Shown one piece after another: positions 29,228-41,174 of a DNA stretch of 42,980 bases (positions are counted from its first letter, which is position 1; each line of letters starts with the position of its first letter). Below the pieces are notes generated by a model, which was not told the origin of the DNA, did not search any database, and saw only the letters and a program-made list of their open reading frames with translations. Position numbers and translations under genes: made by a program. Location: IMG/VR virus record IMGVR_UViG_2778261642_000006; one strand, written 5' to 3'. Source of the stretch: a virus (Duplodnaviria; Heunggongvirae; Uroviricota; Caudoviricetes).

Positions 29228-29669
29228 TCTCGTTCTTAAGGCTTTACGAAAAGCCGGGCTGTATTCCAATGCCACGTTGACAGATGCCGACCCTCAGGCA
29301 ATTGAAGATGCCATTAATGACCTCGAAGACATGATGGCAGCATGGCAGGCGAAAGGTATCGAGCTTGGATATCAGTTTGCTGATACAGAAAACGGCATCA
29401 TGCCGTTACCTGACGATGATTCAGGTATCCCTGCATGGGCAAATGATGGCGTCGCTTTGAAGCTCGCTGTGCAGGTGTGCATGGATAACGTCATTCAGCC
29501 GTCGGATGCTCTCCTGACCGCTGCTGACAGTGCATATCAGACAATCTGTATCGCTTTAACAAAAATACCACCACTTGAGCGACGAAATGACATGCCTCGC
29601 GGTAGTGGTAACAAAAGCGCGTTTACGTGGAATCGGTTTTACATCGAGAAAGATGATCCGAGTACGTGA
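29208..29669 (+). CDS. Tail accessory / head-completion protein (P22 gp4-like)
   Basis: 153 aa; N-terminus [46 protein letters not shown] resembles recalled P22 gp4. Confidence 0.75.
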   Translation: [153 protein letters not shown]

Positions 29670-29678
29670 GGTGAATAA

Positions 29679-31097
29679 ATGCCGATTCAGCAACTTCCGC
29701 TTATGAAAGGTGTCGGCAAAGATTTCCGAAACGCCGACTATATCGACTATCTGCCAGTGAATATGTTGGCTACACCCAAAGAAATCCTTAACAGCAGCGG
29801 ATATCTTCGTTCATTCCCGGGCATTGCCAAACGTTCTGATGTGAACGGAGTATCGCGAGGCGTCGAGTACAACATGGCGCAGAATGCTGTTTATCGCGTG
29901 TGTGGTGGAAAGCTGTACAAAGGAGAAAGTGAAGTCGGTGATGTTGCCGGAAGTGGTCGCGTATCAATGGCGCATGGTCGGACATCACAGGCGGTAGGCG
30001 TTAATGGTCAACTGGTCGAGTATCGCTATGATGGCACGGTTAAAACCGTCTCAAACTGGCCTACAGACAGCGGATTCACACAGTATGAGTTAGGTTCAGT
30101 TCGCGACATTACGCGCTTACGTGGCCGTTATGCGTGGTCAAAAGACGGCACCGATTCATGGTTTATCACTGACCTTGAAGACGAATCGCATCCTGACCGA
30201 TACAGCGCACAATATCGCGCAGAATCACAGCCTGACGGCATCATCGGAATCGGAACATGGCGAGACTTCATCGTCTGCTTTGGTACATCGACTATTGAAT
30301 ATTTCTCCCTGACTGGTGCAACCACAGTTGGTGCTGCTTTGTATGTCGCACAGCCATCGCTGATGGTGCAGAAAGGCATTGCCGGGACTTACTGCAAAAC
30401 ACCATTCGCTGATTCTTATGCGTTCATCAGCAATCCGGCAACGGGTGCGCCGTCTGTGTACATCATCGGTTCCGGGCAGGTGTCACCAATCGCCAGCGCG
30501 AGCATTGAGAAAATTCTTCGCACCTACACTGCTGATGAACTGGCTGATGGCGTAATGGAATCGCTGCGGTTTGATGCTCATGAATTGCTGATTATCCATC
30601 TTCCGCGTCACGTCCTCGTGTACGACGCATCTTCAAGCGCCAATGGTCCGCAATGGTGTGTGTTGAAAACAGGCCTGTATGACGATGTGTACCGCGCTAT
30701 CGACTTCATTTACGAAGGCAATCAGATAACGTGCGGCGATAAGCTGGAATCCGTGACCGGGAAATTGCAGTTCGATATCAGCAGCCAGTACGACAAGCAG
30801 CAGGAACACCTGCTGTTTACTCCACTATTCAAAGCAGATAACGCCAGAGTTTTCGACCTTGAGGTTGAATCGTCAACTGGCGTTGCGCAGTACGCCGACC
30901 GCCTGTTCCTCTCTGCAACCACTGACGGCATAAATTACGGACGTGAGCAGATGATTGAGCAGAATGAACCGTTCGTTTACGACAAGCGTGTTTTGTGGAA
31001 GCGAGTAGGGCGCATCAGGAAAAATGTCGGCTTCAAACTTCGCGTTATCACGAAGTCACCTGTAACTCTGTCTGGCGCTCAGATAAGGATTGAGTAA
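29679..31097 (+). CDS. Tail hub protein (P22 gp10-like)
   Basis: 472 aa, same length as P22 gp10; position between gp4-like and needle. Confidence 0.75.
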   Translation: MPIQQLPLMKGVGKDFRNADYIDYLPVNMLATPKEILNSSGYLRSFPGIAKRSDVNGVSRGVEYNMAQNAVYRVCGGKLYKGESEVGDVAGSGRVSMAHGRTSQAVGVNGQLVEYRYDGTVKTVSNWPTDSGFTQYELGSVRDITRLRGRYAWSKDGTDSWFITDLEDESHPDRYSAQYRAESQPDGIIGIGTWRDFIVCFGTSTIEYFSLTGATTVGAALYVAQPSLMVQKGIAGTYCKTPFADSYAFISNPATGAPSVYIIGSGQVSPIASASIEKILRTYTADELADGVMESLRFDAHELLIIHLPRHVLVYDASSSANGPQWCVLKTGLYDDVYRAIDFIYEGNQITCGDKLESVTGKLQFDISSQYDKQQEHLLFTPLFKADNARVFDLEVESSTGVAQYADRLFLSATTDGINYGREQMIEQNEPFVYDKRVLWKRVGRIRKNVGFKLRVITKSPVTLSGAQIRIE

Positions 31098-31945
31098 TGG
31101 CGGATTCATCACTGAATAATCCTGTAGCGGTTCAGGCTACGCGCCTTGATGCTTCAATTTTGCCACGCAATATATTCAGCCAGTCTTACCTGCTGTATGT
31201 CATTAATCAGGGGGCTGATGTAGGCGCAATTGCCGGGAAGGCAAATCAGGCTGGTCAGGGCGCTTATGACGCGCAGGTAAGGAACGATGAGCAGGATGTG
31301 ATTCTCGCTGACCATGAGCAGCGAATTTCTGCTGCGGAAGCAACGCTTGTTAATCATGAGGAGCGAATCAGCCAGGCAGAATCAACTCTTCAGGACCATG
31401 AAACACGAATCGCTCAGAATGAAAGCGATATTGCGTCGCTTGATACCAGAGTTCAGTCGCTGGAATCGCAGGTTTCAGACCATGAAACGCGCATCGATGC
31501 TCTGGAGTATGCAACTACTCGCAAGAAGTCAGAGGTTGTTTACTCTGGCGTATCTGTAACCATCCCGACAGCGCCGACCAACCTTGTTAGCCTGCTGAAA
31601 ACGCTCACGCCGTCATCTGGCACGTTGACACCATTCTTCGACACCGTTAACAACAAGATGGTTGTGTTCAACGAGAACAAAACCTTGTTCTTCAAGCTGT
31701 CGATCGTCGGGACGTGGCCCAGCGGAACCGCCAACAGGTCAATGCAGCTAACATTCTCCGGTTCTGTTCCTGACACACTGGTAAGCAGTCGCAACTCGGC
31801 GACAACAACCGATAACATCTTGTTAGCTACGTTCTTCAGCGTGGATAAAGACGGCTTTCTTGCCACAAATGGCAGCACGTTAACCATTCAGTCGAATGGT
31901 GCGGCGTTTACTGCCACAACCATCAAAATCATTGCGGAACAATGA
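31097..31945 (+). CDS. Tail needle protein (P22 gp26-like) with divergent C-terminal domain
   Basis: N-terminus [61 protein letters not shown] matches recalled gp26; heptad coiled coil; different C-terminal knob. Confidence 0.85.
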   Translation: MADSSLNNPVAVQATRLDASILPRNIFSQSYLLYVINQGADVGAIAGKANQAGQGAYDAQVRNDEQDVILADHEQRISAAEATLVNHEERISQAESTLQDHETRIAQNESDIASLDTRVQSLESQVSDHETRIDALEYATTRKKSEVVYSGVSVTIPTAPTNLVSLLKTLTPSSGTLTPFFDTVNNKMVVFNENKTLFFKLSIVGTWPSGTANRSMQLTFSGSVPDTLVSSRNSATTTDNILLATFFSVDKDGFLATNGSTLTIQSNGAAFTATTIKIIAEQ

Positions 31946-32331
31946 CAAACATAGACGCTATTACTGGCTCACAATTAATGAGATTGTGGGGTGTTAGCTC
32001 GTGGATTGATCCGGGGGCTAACTATTATTTGTGGGATGGGTGTTGCGTATTTGCCATGGTGAAACAATCAGGCTTCTATGACATCCATGTTGCAATGGAT
32101 AAACGAAGATGGAGTGAGTGCAGAAAAGCTGGTGAATCAATTCTTAAAATGTTTGGCCACCATAAATTGCGGGCGGTAATAATCAGCGACAGGCCAAGAG
32201 TATGCAACTATGCCAGGAGAATGGGGTTTGGTGAGCGAACGTTACAAACCCTAAGGACTGTAGATGGGCGCGAAAGCGCCTTTTTTATTATGTGGCGTGA
32301 TCCGGGGGAATATCATGGGCGGAGCAATTAA
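31942..32331 (+). CDS. Hypothetical virion-associated protein (P22 gp14 position)
   Basis: 129-aa ORF; assignment by position only. Confidence 0.4.
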   Translation: MTNIDAITGSQLMRLWGVSSWIDPGANYYLWDGCCVFAMVKQSGFYDIHVAMDKRRWSECRKAGESILKMFGHHKLRAVIISDRPRVCNYARRMGFGERTLQTLRTVDGRESAFFIMWRDPGEYHGRSN

Positions 32332-32977
32332 AGGTGTAACAAATGCTGCCAGCGGGATACTTGGTGGAATAGGTGCCAATTCTGCGAGCAAAGAGTACAA
32401 AAAAGCTAATGACAGGCAGCAAAACCTTCAGGAGCAAATGTATCAGCAGCAGATAGCGTTTGGAAAACCTTATCGTGAAGTTGGCGAATCAGCTTTACCA
32501 CGTTTGCAAAAGCTTGCTGGCATTCCTATTGATCGAAATAAATTATTAGGAGACTACTTTAATTCGCAAGAATTCAAACTCCTAAATGATCAGGCTCGTT
32601 ATAGTGGGCTTGCATCTGCTGAAGCTACAGGCGGTCTTGGGTCAACGGCTACTGGAAATATGCTGGCTTCTATTGCCCCTCAATTAGGCCAGCAATATCT
32701 TTCCATGAAGACAGCAGAGCAGCAGGATATGTATAACCAGTTAATGGGGTTAACGAATGTTGGGTTAACTGCTGCTGGTATGGGTAGTGCGGCATCGGCA
32801 AATAACTCAAATGTTTTAACGTCACTTATAGGTGAATCAGGGCAAATCAGGGGGGCGCAAAAAGCCTTACCATGGCAGACGGCAGCCAGTGCTAACTCAT
32901 CATTAGGTAATGGCGCATCTCAGGATGTTAACTCTTTCACTAACATGTTTGGTGGATTTTTAGGAGGATTATTCTGA
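32315..32977 (+). CDS. Ejection (internal virion) protein, gp7 position
   Basis: 220 aa from [13 protein letters not shown]…; Gly/Ala/Ser/Gln-rich; GGGGG RBS; positional analogy to P22 gp7. Confidence 0.55.
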   Translation: MGGAIKGVTNAASGILGGIGANSASKEYKKANDRQQNLQEQMYQQQIAFGKPYREVGESALPRLQKLAGIPIDRNKLLGDYFNSQEFKLLNDQARYSGLASAEATGGLGSTATGNMLASIAPQLGQQYLSMKTAEQQDMYNQLMGLTNVGLTAAGMGSAASANNSNVLTSLIGESGQIRGAQKALPWQTAASANSSLGNGASQDVNSFTNMFGGFLGGLF

Positions 32978-34314
32978 TGGCTTATAGTATTGGCAGCCCA
33001 TTAAATCTGATGTCATTAGTTCCTGACTTCAGACTGGAAGGATTGAAAGAAGCTCAAACCTTTGCCACGACACAGCAAGGTATAGCGCAGGGAATAGATA
33101 ACCAGCGGGCTATTCGACAGGATGCCAGACAGCAGGAATTCTATAAAGCTATGAATGAAACTCCTCCTGAACAAATAGCTTCTCTGCGTAGAAAATTCCC
33201 TGAGTTTACTCAGGCTATACAACAGGAGTTAGGTATTCAGAGTGCTGAGCATTCAGCATTTGTTAATTCAGCTTTAAATAAAATATCAATTGCTGCATCT
33301 ACAGGAAATCCAAATGAAATTGCAAATGCTCTGAATAGCAACAGCGCAGCATTATTAAGTCTTGGTGTGAGTAAGGATGATGCATGGCAGCTTTATCAAC
33401 AGGATCCGGCCAGGTTTAATAGTCTGTTAAATGCTAGCCGCCTTGCCACTCTGCCTATGGATAAACAGTTTGATGTGCAGCATCAACGCGATCAGCTTAA
33501 TGAGACAATCCGCAGCAATAAAGCTGGGGAAGGTTTACAGGCGCAAAGCATTGCTGTTAGCCGTGAAAACTCCCTGCGCACTGCTGGAGGTGCTGTTCCT
33601 GCATCTGTTAAAGAATATCAATATTTCAACAGCCTGTCTCCAGAGCAACAAAAGACATATCTTCGTGTTCGAGGCCGTCCTGATGCTGGCGGGGAGAATG
33701 TTGTGCAACTGGCAGATGGCAGAACGGTAACGGTTGGTAAGAAGCTTCACGGCGCTGGTGCTAACGCGTTCTACGAAGGAATAGACAACGAGGGCAATAT
33801 GATTCGCGTCCCCGCCAGTTCTATTGCTGCTCCGGCTACATCGGCAGCTAATGCGCAGAATTACGAAATGAAGAAAGATCTTGATGCAATTTCTGGCGCA
33901 TCAATTGACGATCTTGGCTTCATGACAGGTATTACAGGTTCTTCAGGTTCTTTTGCTCTTGGTGCAGATATTCGTAGCCGGGCATCTGGTGTTGAGGAGA
34001 GGAGGCTATACAACGCTGCACAGCGAATCATGGGCAAAATGCAAAATCAGGGGATTGCAGCAGCCCGAGATATGGGGGCATCTGGCATCAACACCGAAGC
34101 AGAGGCTAATAGGTATTTTCAGGGTATGCCAAAGCCTGATTTCTCAAGTCCTGAAGCGCTGCAACAATCAATGCGCGACATTCAGCAATATACCGACAAT
34201 TACAACCAGCAATATAACGTTAATGTTGGTAAATCTCAGCGGCAGCAATCTCAACCTACACAGGTATCACAGCCAGCAGCCAGCAGTAACTTTTCTTCAC
34301 TATGGGGTGATTAA
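32977..34314 (+). CDS. Ejection (internal virion) protein, gp20 position
   Basis: 445 aa, Gln/Ala/Ser-rich; size and order as P22 gp20. Confidence 0.6.
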   Translation: MAYSIGSPLNLMSLVPDFRLEGLKEAQTFATTQQGIAQGIDNQRAIRQDARQQEFYKAMNETPPEQIASLRRKFPEFTQAIQQELGIQSAEHSAFVNSALNKISIAASTGNPNEIANALNSNSAALLSLGVSKDDAWQLYQQDPARFNSLLNASRLATLPMDKQFDVQHQRDQLNETIRSNKAGEGLQAQSIAVSRENSLRTAGGAVPASVKEYQYFNSLSPEQQKTYLRVRGRPDAGGENVVQLADGRTVTVGKKLHGAGANAFYEGIDNEGNMIRVPASSIAAPATSAANAQNYEMKKDLDAISGASIDDLGFMTGITGSSGSFALGADIRSRASGVEERRLYNAAQRIMGKMQNQGIAAARDMGASGINTEAEANRYFQGMPKPDFSSPEALQQSMRDIQQYTDNYNQQYNVNVGKSQRQQSQPTQVSQPAASSNFSSLWGD

Positions 34315-36482
34315 TGGCTAAAGCATGGAAAGATGTTATCGCCTCTCCACAGTATCAGGCGTTAACTGAAGAACAGAAAGCACAGGCTCAAGCGCAATAT
34401 TTTGATGAGGTTGTTGCCCCTAAGGCTGGTGACAAATGGGCTGAAGCAAGAGATCAGTTTTATGCAGCATACCCTCCGCCTCAGCAGCAGAAAGAAGAAC
34501 CATCATTGATGCAACAAGCTGGTGATTGGCTCACAGGCGGTCAAAGTGCAGGGCAAATTGCAGAGCAGGCTGGTCGTGGTCTGGTAAACATACCATTTGA
34601 CGTATTGCAGGGTGGCGCAAGTCTGATTAATGCAATCAGTCAGGGGCTTGGTGGGCCCAAGGTTTTGGATGATGTCTATCGTCCAGTCGATCGACCGACA
34701 GACCCTTACGCGCAAGCCGGTGAAACAATTGGTGGGTATCTCCTGCCAATTGGCACAGCGGCAAAAGCTGCTGGAGCGCCAGCAAAGCTCGCTGGAGATA
34801 TCAGTTCCGCAGGAAACATGATTGCAGGTTCTCTTGCTGATGCTGCAAATCAGGAGGGTGATTTTGCACAAAATGCTGCCATTAACGGTGGTATCAATAT
34901 TGGTGCTCAAGGCGTTCTTTCAGGTGTCGGGCGCGTTATTGCGCCAAGGGTTTCACAGGCTCTTGGTGGTGCAGCACTGAATTCTGCTAATGATGTTTCG
35001 AAAATGGCAAAGTCAGGTACAGGAAGAGAGATTATTGCCAGACAGTCAGCTAACGTGTCAGACGAAATAGCAAAAGCAGCAGATACTGCTGGAATAGATA
35101 TCAACGCATTAACTCCTGGCATGAGATCAGGTAGTCGTGGTCTTGCTCAGGCGGAGGGGATTCTGGCGTCAAAGCCCGGAATTACACAGGATGCACACAC
35201 CAAAGCATTCAGTGAAATAGAGTCGAAATTTAACTCAGCATTGGATGAGTTTGGGGCTGAAGCAGGAACTGCATCAGAAAAAAGTGCAGCCATAAAACAG
35301 AGGGTTTTGGCAAGCATTGATAAAATGAAAAATTCAGAAAAGGCCGCATGGGATAGCGTCCGCTCCACGATGCCTGACGCAAAGGCCAGAATGTCAAACC
35401 TGAACGCTACAATTCAGGGTGATATTTTGGCTGGCATGCCGCTAACTCCTGAGATGAAACAATTCGCATCTGCTTATGCTAAAACTGGTAAAAAAGGAAT
35501 CACGTTTGATGCCATGAAGGCATGGCGAAGTAAACTTGCTGACGCAGAGCAGAAGTATATAAGGTCTGGTGAGGCAAATACGGCAAGGCGCATGGCTGAG
35601 CTTCGTGATGCAGCAACGGAAGATATGCGCATAATGGCTCAAAATGGCGGTTTTCTTGATGACTGGCAAAAAGCTAATGACCTGTCAAAGGCAAGATTTA
35701 CAGCACAAGAACAGGCTGAAGCAGCGTTTGGCAGAGACCTTGCAACTGATCAGTTGGTAAATAATGGCTCTAAGGCGTTACAGGGCTCAGCAAAAAGTGG
35801 AACAGGTCAGTTCCATAAAATAATAAGCGCCCTACCTGAGTCGGAACGCGCGCCAGCAATTGCATCAATATTACAAGATGCAATGTCGCAAGGGGTACGC
35901 GGAGGTAAGTCTGAAGAGGCTGGAATTAAGCATATCGCGACTATTCTTACCCCACAAAACGTGAAGGCAATTAGTCGATATTCTCCAGAACTTGGCAGGA
36001 TTACAAGTTCATACGGAGAACTTGCAAGAGCAGCAACAAAGCCACTTCGATATGTTGAACAGACAGGGCGATCTATGCCAGCCATTAGCACTCTTGAGAA
36101 TGGCCTTCATCCAGTTTTAGAGAGCGCATTGTCTGGCGCTTTTAGAACTACTGGCACTATCGCAGGGTTCTCTGGAGGAGGCGTTATTGGAGCAATAGCG
36201 GGTGGCGCTGCAGGTGGAGCAATTGATGCAATGGCAAAAGGAGCGATAGCGAAATTATCCGCAACTAGAAGCGGTCGTTACGCTATTGAAAAGGCTGTTC
36301 AAGAGGCAACAAAGGCAGTTAAGGTTGGGGCAAGTGATGGTGCATTAGCGGCGGCGGAACGCAGATTTATGGCAAATAAGGCCGCCGTAAAAGCAATACG
36401 CGAGGCACTAGGAAACGAAGAGTTCCAGCGTTTAGCAAGGGCTGGAATTGTGGCATCGCTAAGCGGAATGGCACAGGAGTAA
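34314..36482 (+). CDS. Ejection (internal virion) protein, gp16 position
   Basis: 722 aa, Ala/Gly-rich with Gly-rich C-terminal segment; order as P22 gp16. Confidence 0.6.
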   Translation: MAKAWKDVIASPQYQALTEEQKAQAQAQYFDEVVAPKAGDKWAEARDQFYAAYPPPQQQKEEPSLMQQAGDWLTGGQSAGQIAEQAGRGLVNIPFDVLQGGASLINAISQGLGGPKVLDDVYRPVDRPTDPYAQAGETIGGYLLPIGTAAKAAGAPAKLAGDISSAGNMIAGSLADAANQEGDFAQNAAINGGINIGAQGVLSGVGRVIAPRVSQALGGAALNSANDVSKMAKSGTGREIIARQSANVSDEIAKAADTAGIDINALTPGMRSGSRGLAQAEGILASKPGITQDAHTKAFSEIESKFNSALDEFGAEAGTASEKSAAIKQRVLASIDKMKNSEKAAWDSVRSTMPDAKARMSNLNATIQGDILAGMPLTPEMKQFASAYAKTGKKGITFDAMKAWRSKLADAEQKYIRSGEANTARRMAELRDAATEDMRIMAQNGGFLDDWQKANDLSKARFTAQEQAEAAFGRDLATDQLVNNGSKALQGSAKSGTGQFHKIISALPESERAPAIASILQDAMSQGVRGGKSEEAGIKHIATILTPQNVKAISRYSPELGRITSSYGELARAATKPLRYVEQTGRSMPAISTLENGLHPVLESALSGAFRTTGTIAGFSGGGVIGAIAGGAAGGAIDAMAKGAIAKLSATRSGRYAIEKAVQEATKAVKVGASDGALAAAERRFMANKAAVKAIREALGNEEFQRLARAGIVASLSGMAQE

Positions 36483-36812
36483 TTAGTCATCCATGGATGG
36501 ATTGAGCTTATCTCGTGTTGATGTGGCAATTTTCCCAACATTTTTCAACCAAGATTTTAAGAAGGATATGTCGTCCTTAATATCATGAATATCCTCATTC
36601 TTTATACGATCAACCTTATCCTCTAGGCTCTCTATAGAACGCTCAATGCTAGACAGAGAGATTTTTAAGTCTCCTTGATCACGTTCCAGTGAGGATTTGA
36701 GAGCACAATATTCGTTTTCTAGAATTCCTATTTTTTTTGTTAGAGAGTGCATTCGATACTCATACACCAAACCAGAAACGACTAATGCAGCCAACAGAAA
36801 CCATTCAAGCAC
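36483..36812 (-). CDS. Hypothetical membrane-anchored coiled-coil protein (sieA-position accessory gene)
   Basis: 109 aa from GTG with AAGGAGG RBS 5 nt upstream; N-terminal hydrophobic helix (LEWFLLAALVVSGLVYEY) then heptad-rich region. Confidence 0.5.
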   Translation of the reverse strand: MLEWFLLAALVVSGLVYEYRMHSLTKKIGILENEYCALKSSLERDQGDLKISLSSIERSIESLEDKVDRIKNEDIHDIKDDISFLKSWLKNVGKIATSTRDKLNPSMDD

Positions 36813-36842
36813 ACCAACCTCCTTAGTTTTGCGCAGGATACC

Positions 36843-37208
36843 ATGAAAAAAGTTAACATTGGAAACGTACCAAAGATGCTCGTTCCGCTCTTTGAGAGCG
36901 GTACAATTGTGTTTTGTAGAGACTTTCCAGAATGGCAACGCCTGCATCAAAAACTTGGCGTTGACGTGCATGACTCGGACGCCAACGGAGCGTCTCATAC
37001 AATGAGTAGCGAGAATGGTGTTTTGCATGTGATAGGCGTGTTCAATGGCAAACTATCTACTATTGCCCATGAGTGCGCTCACATGGCATTCGATATCTGC
37101 TCAAGGGTAGGTGTTGATGTTGAACCAGGAAGAGCCAACGAGACTTACTGCTACTTAATGAGCAGGCTTGTTGAGTTCTGCGAGCGACATATCAAAAAGC
37201 CGGAGTGA
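36843..37208 (+). CDS. Hypothetical protein with HEXXH zinc-metallopeptidase-like motif
   Basis: 121 aa; …STIAHECAHMAFDI…; divergent from the membrane gene with only ~30 bp between starts. Confidence 0.5.
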   Translation: MKKVNIGNVPKMLVPLFESGTIVFCRDFPEWQRLHQKLGVDVHDSDANGASHTMSSENGVLHVIGVFNGKLSTIAHECAHMAFDICSRVGVDVEPGRANETYCYLMSRLVEFCERHIKKPE

Positions 37209-37221
37209 CCCGGCTTGATTA

Positions 37222-37401
37222 TTACTTTTTGCTGTCTGGAGTTCGCTTATCCAATACCCAGCCATGACCTGGCTTTGTTGTTGGTGGAAGCCTTTCGTTG
37301 TCCTTGACGGTTGCAAAATTGTCTTTCTTACCGCCGCGTGGGCCAACTTCTTGGTATATTCCGCCGTTTTTTCCTGTGTTTTCACCTGGTTTTTTCGCCA
37401 T
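37222..37401 (-). CDS. Small YjzC-like protein
   Basis: 59 aa MAKKPGENTGKNGGIYQEVGPRGG…; GAGGT RBS; Gly/Pro/Lys-rich pattern recalled for YjzC-family proteins. Confidence 0.45.
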   Translation of the reverse strand: MAKKPGENTGKNGGIYQEVGPRGGKKDNFATVKDNERLPPTTKPGHGWVLDKRTPDSKK

Positions 37402-37500
37402 GATATACCTCAACATACACCCGTTATTGGGCGATTAAATATTGATCTCATTTTATAAGTAGTCAATATGGCCCAGGTAAATGCAAAAATTAACCCACCT

Positions 37501-37752
37501 TCAGGTGGGTTTTTTGTACAAATCCTTCAGCGTATCAAACACCATCTTCTTAACAAGCTCTGACTGCTCATCAGCGATGCGTTCCGCATCGTCTCGATAG
37601 CCTGAAATTTTGGATGGCTTTGATACAGCATCAGTCACTATCTGAACTAATTCTGAATTAAGAGAGCGACCATTGGATTTGGCTCGCTGTTTTAGTTTTT
37701 CCTTTAATTCGTAAGGTAGCCGCAGATTAAATTGCGGGTCATCTCTTCCCAT
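37501..37752 (-). CDS. mnt: Mnt repressor (ribbon-helix-helix, P22 immI)
   Basis: 83 aa MGRDDPQFNLRLPYELKEKLKQRAKSNGRSLNSELVQIVTDAVSKPSKISGYRDDAERIADEQSELVKKMVFDTLKDLYKKPT, closely matching recalled P22 Mnt. Confidence 0.9.
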   Translation of the reverse strand: MGRDDPQFNLRLPYELKEKLKQRAKSNGRSLNSELVQIVTDAVSKPSKISGYRDDAERIADEQSELVKKMVFDTLKDLYKKPT

Positions 37753-37815
37753 TCTTGATGCCTCGCTTTTGTGAGTGGATCGGCATCTTATTATCTGCTG
37801 GTTGCATCCTCAATA

Positions 37816-37830
37816 AGACCACAGTGGTCT
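37816..37830. promoter_or_regulatory. Putative Mnt operator (AGACCAC-A-GTGGTCT palindrome)
   Basis: Perfect 15-bp inverted repeat between mnt and the tailspike start, where P22 has Omnt/Pant. Confidence 0.55.
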
Positions 37831-37898
37831 CTTTGTTTGATTAATAATGCATCACTGTGGCAATGCTGCGGCGATTCCTTGTATCTGGAGCAAATTAA

Positions 37899-40550
37899 AT
37901 GACAGACATTACAGCCAATGTTGTAGTGAGTATGCCTTCGCAACTCTTCACTATGGCGCGTTCTTTTAAAGCCGTAGCCAATGGCAAAATTTATATCGGT
38001 AAAATTGACACTGACCCGGTAAATCCTGAAAACCGGATTCAGGTTTATGTGGAGAACGAAGACGGCTCTCACGTTCCTGTATCGCAGCCAATCATCATTA
38101 ACGCTGCCGGATATCCTGTATATAACGGACAGATTGCCAAATTCGTTACTGTACAGGGCCATTCTATGGCTGTTTATGATGCGTATGGTTCGCAGCAGTT
38201 CTATTTTCCAAACATTCTGAAATATGATCCTGATCAGTTTAAACAAGAACTAGAGAATAAATTTAACAATGGTTCAACTCCATCAATTATAAATTATAAG
38301 TACGGTCTTCCAGAAGAAGTAGACGGAGCAACACAAAGGACGCTACAGGATAAACTTGATGACCATGTAAATGTTCGCGATTTTGGTGCAAAAGGGGATG
38401 GCATTACTGACGATACAGACGCAATAACAAGTGCCATCATTTACTGCGCATCTAACGGAAAACGCCTGAAGTGGGATTCTGGTGTGTATTTGATTAGCCG
38501 CATAAAATGCGGCGGGGATAATTATAACTATGACTGGGTAGCTGATGGCAAGGTTGTCTTAAAGTCAACCGCAAAAGAGCCTCTTGGCCCAAACTGGATT
38601 GATGATTATTTCATAAGACTCGAAGGTGGAGATGCCACGCCAATTGACTATAATTCAACAATAAATCCTGGTGACACATCAATATCAATTAACTCAGCAT
38701 ACTCTGTTGATGCAGGCGATATAATTATGATTCATGGCAATCGCTTAATTCAGACAGATAATAGAGGACAGGCTTGTGAAGGTGAAATGCATGTTGTTAC
38801 TGCTTTTGATAATGCAACAAAAAAAGCGGAGATATCAGGTGCATTTTATTTTTTCTACTCTGCGAGCAATGATTACTCAACGACCGTAACAGCATCTGTA
38901 TCCGGAGGTGAATTCTCATTTGGTAATGATGCAACATTAACAAAACAATACAATCAGGTAAAAGTAACAGGTGTCACCGGAGCTAACGCCGGAACATCAA
39001 GATACATAACTCATTGGGATTACGACACTAAAACAGCAAAATTTGAATATGCTCAGGGACCATTCCCGTTTAAACCATCTGTTGGAGACGTGTTTAAAAT
39101 CACAAGAAAGGCAAATATATATAAAAGAAAACCATGCTACGGCAGAATTGTTGGTGATTTCAATTTTGAAAGACCTGTCACGCAGAACGCATCTCCTGGT
39201 GATTTGGGGTTCCGTGGTCTTGTGATAGATGGCGCTGTTGATATGCATATAGAAGGAATAAAACTAATCGGCTTTTCAGAAACTGGAATTTTTCTTGAGT
39301 CATGCTACAGAACGAAAATAATAGAACCATATATTGAATACTCAAACCGTGCATATGATTTAACAAACGGCACTGGTTATGGTGTTGAAATATACAATAG
39401 CAGCTATTGCACAGTCGTGGATATGATAGCATTTGCTTGCAGGAGGGGGCTTGATGTAAGCGGGACTCAAATGGTATCACTGTATAATAACATTATAAAT
39501 CCAACGATGATGGGTGGTGGAACTGCATATGATGGAGTTAAATTTTTCCCTGATGGCGATACAAGAAATTCATGTTGCGGTGGACACGGCCCATCATACG
39601 AAACAACTTTTACAGGCGGCAATTCAGTCAATTTGTATTATGCTGGTGTAATACGCGGATTAAATGAAGTGTATGATGGAATGAACGCCAGGGGATTTAG
39701 CGGCCCGGCTCCTTTTTTTGTAAGATATAGTGGTGGTGGGTTCACGATTCAGAACTGTAATTATATTGATGGTTTTACTGAGATGTCTTTGCCATACAAC
39801 TTGAGGTACAAACCTGTGAATGCAACTCAACGTAATCACAGACCTCTTGTTTTTATTGAAACAACTCTGGCACAGACAGACAGAAACTCTTACTATAAAG
39901 AACTTCCTGTTGTTATTAAAAATAATACCGCAAGGACTGTTCTCAAGGGCTTTTTACGTTTTGAGGTTAATGATGGCCTCACCCCTCTAATCCAAAATAT
40001 TTATTTTGGTGGTAATTTATGTATGGCGAACCCAGAAACATCAGACTCTGTATCAGGGCAAACAGAGGCAGTAATGGTTTATTCATCTGTTCCTGGTGCA
40101 ATAATTGTTCGAAATTTCCATGATCTTGGCGGTAACAGAATTGTTCCTGTTGGAGCAGGATACAGATACTGCGGTATGTTCAACACGCCAGATGGAATAG
40201 CAGGAACAATAGTTCAACCAGACGGAAAATATCTAATAACACTTGAAGCCAACAAATCTACAAGTATCCTTGTTGGTGGATACGTACCATGTGTTCGCCT
40301 TGATATGCACGACATACTTGATATTCATGGGGTAATTGCAGTTGGTGTTCTTATTCATCGTGGTGAGGCAATTGATTTTTCTCCTTTAAAAGAAATTAAT
40401 AAGCAAAATGTTGTATTGAAAACCGGAGTTCTTTCAGATAATGATGGTGATGAAAATAACTTAAATATTTCGTTTGACTTTGCAACCATATATTTAAGCA
40501 ACAAGATGCCAAATAAGATTCAACTATCTATTGAAGTATCAGGAGTGTAA
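37899..40550 (+). CDS. Tailspike protein: P22-type head-binding domain plus long divergent beta-helix receptor-binding domain
   Basis: N-terminus [59 protein letters not shown]… matches recalled P22 gp9 N-terminus; 883 aa total. Confidence 0.9.
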   Translation: MTDITANVVVSMPSQLFTMARSFKAVANGKIYIGKIDTDPVNPENRIQVYVENEDGSHVPVSQPIIINAAGYPVYNGQIAKFVTVQGHSMAVYDAYGSQQFYFPNILKYDPDQFKQELENKFNNGSTPSIINYKYGLPEEVDGATQRTLQDKLDDHVNVRDFGAKGDGITDDTDAITSAIIYCASNGKRLKWDSGVYLISRIKCGGDNYNYDWVADGKVVLKSTAKEPLGPNWIDDYFIRLEGGDATPIDYNSTINPGDTSISINSAYSVDAGDIIMIHGNRLIQTDNRGQACEGEMHVVTAFDNATKKAEISGAFYFFYSASNDYSTTVTASVSGGEFSFGNDATLTKQYNQVKVTGVTGANAGTSRYITHWDYDTKTAKFEYAQGPFPFKPSVGDVFKITRKANIYKRKPCYGRIVGDFNFERPVTQNASPGDLGFRGLVIDGAVDMHIEGIKLIGFSETGIFLESCYRTKIIEPYIEYSNRAYDLTNGTGYGVEIYNSSYCTVVDMIAFACRRGLDVSGTQMVSLYNNIINPTMMGGGTAYDGVKFFPDGDTRNSCCGGHGPSYETTFTGGNSVNLYYAGVIRGLNEVYDGMNARGFSGPAPFFVRYSGGGFTIQNCNYIDGFTEMSLPYNLRYKPVNATQRNHRPLVFIETTLAQTDRNSYYKELPVVIKNNTARTVLKGFLRFEVNDGLTPLIQNIYFGGNLCMANPETSDSVSGQTEAVMVYSSVPGAIIVRNFHDLGGNRIVPVGAGYRYCGMFNTPDGIAGTIVQPDGKYLITLEANKSTSILVGGYVPCVRLDMHDILDIHGVIAVGVLIHRGEAIDFSPLKEINKQNVVLKTGVLSDNDGDENNLNISFDFATIYLSNKMPNKIQLSIEVSGV

Positions 40551-40586
40551 TTGTATCAATTTGCTAAATTAAAAAAGGATAAAAAT

Positions 40587-40874
40587 ATGGATACAACACC
40601 AATAACACATGCAGTATGCGCGGTTATTGCGCAGATACTGGTTGGCCTTTCTACCGGAAACTGGGCTTACGGTGCGATAGCCGGTTGTACGTTCTTCATT
40701 GCGCGTGAACACACCCAGGCAGAATATCGCTGGATAGAAAAGTTTGGGAAAGGGAAACGCATCAACATGCCGTGGTGGGGAGGTTTTGATCCACGCGTGT
40801 GGGATGTGGGAAGTCTGTTGGATTTTTCTTTCCCAATTATCGGATGCTTATTGGTATGGATTCTTGCATCGTAG
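40587..40874 (+). CDS. Hypothetical small membrane protein downstream of tailspike
   Basis: 95 aa from MDTTPITHAVCAVIAQILVGLSTGNWAYGAIAGCTFFIA…; AAGGA RBS; two hydrophobic segments. Confidence 0.45.
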   Translation: MDTTPITHAVCAVIAQILVGLSTGNWAYGAIAGCTFFIAREHTQAEYRWIEKFGKGKRINMPWWGGFDPRVWDVGSLLDFSFPIIGCLLVWILAS

Positions 40875-40970
40875 CGAACACATAATTACCGATGAAACAA
40901 AACTGAGACACACAAAGCTTTGCACTGGATTGCGAGGCGTTGCGCTTCTCTGGAGTGCGACAGGTTTGAT

Positions 40971-41013
40971 GACAAAAAATTAGCGCAAGAAGACAAAAAC
41001 CACCTTGCGCTAA
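40971..41013 (-). terminator. lambda sib/tI-like hairpin in the attP P-arm
   Basis: TTAGCGCAAG…CTTGCGCTAA stem preceded on the forward strand by an A-run (U-tract on minus strand); surrounding sequence matches recalled lambda attP arm. Confidence 0.55.
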
Positions 41014-41159
41014 TGCTCTGTTACAGGTCACTAATACCATCTAAGTAGTTGATTCATAGTGACTGCATATGTTGTGTTTTACAGTATTATCTAGTCTATT
41101 TTTTATACGAAATGAAATGTAATATATTGATATTTATAACATTTTACGTTTCTCGTTCA

Positions 41160-41174
41160 GCTTTTTTATACTAA
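41160..41174. repeat. attR core (GCTTTTTTATACTAA)
   Basis: Exact repeat of the attL core, followed by attB-like …cttgagcgaaacggg. Confidence 0.85.
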
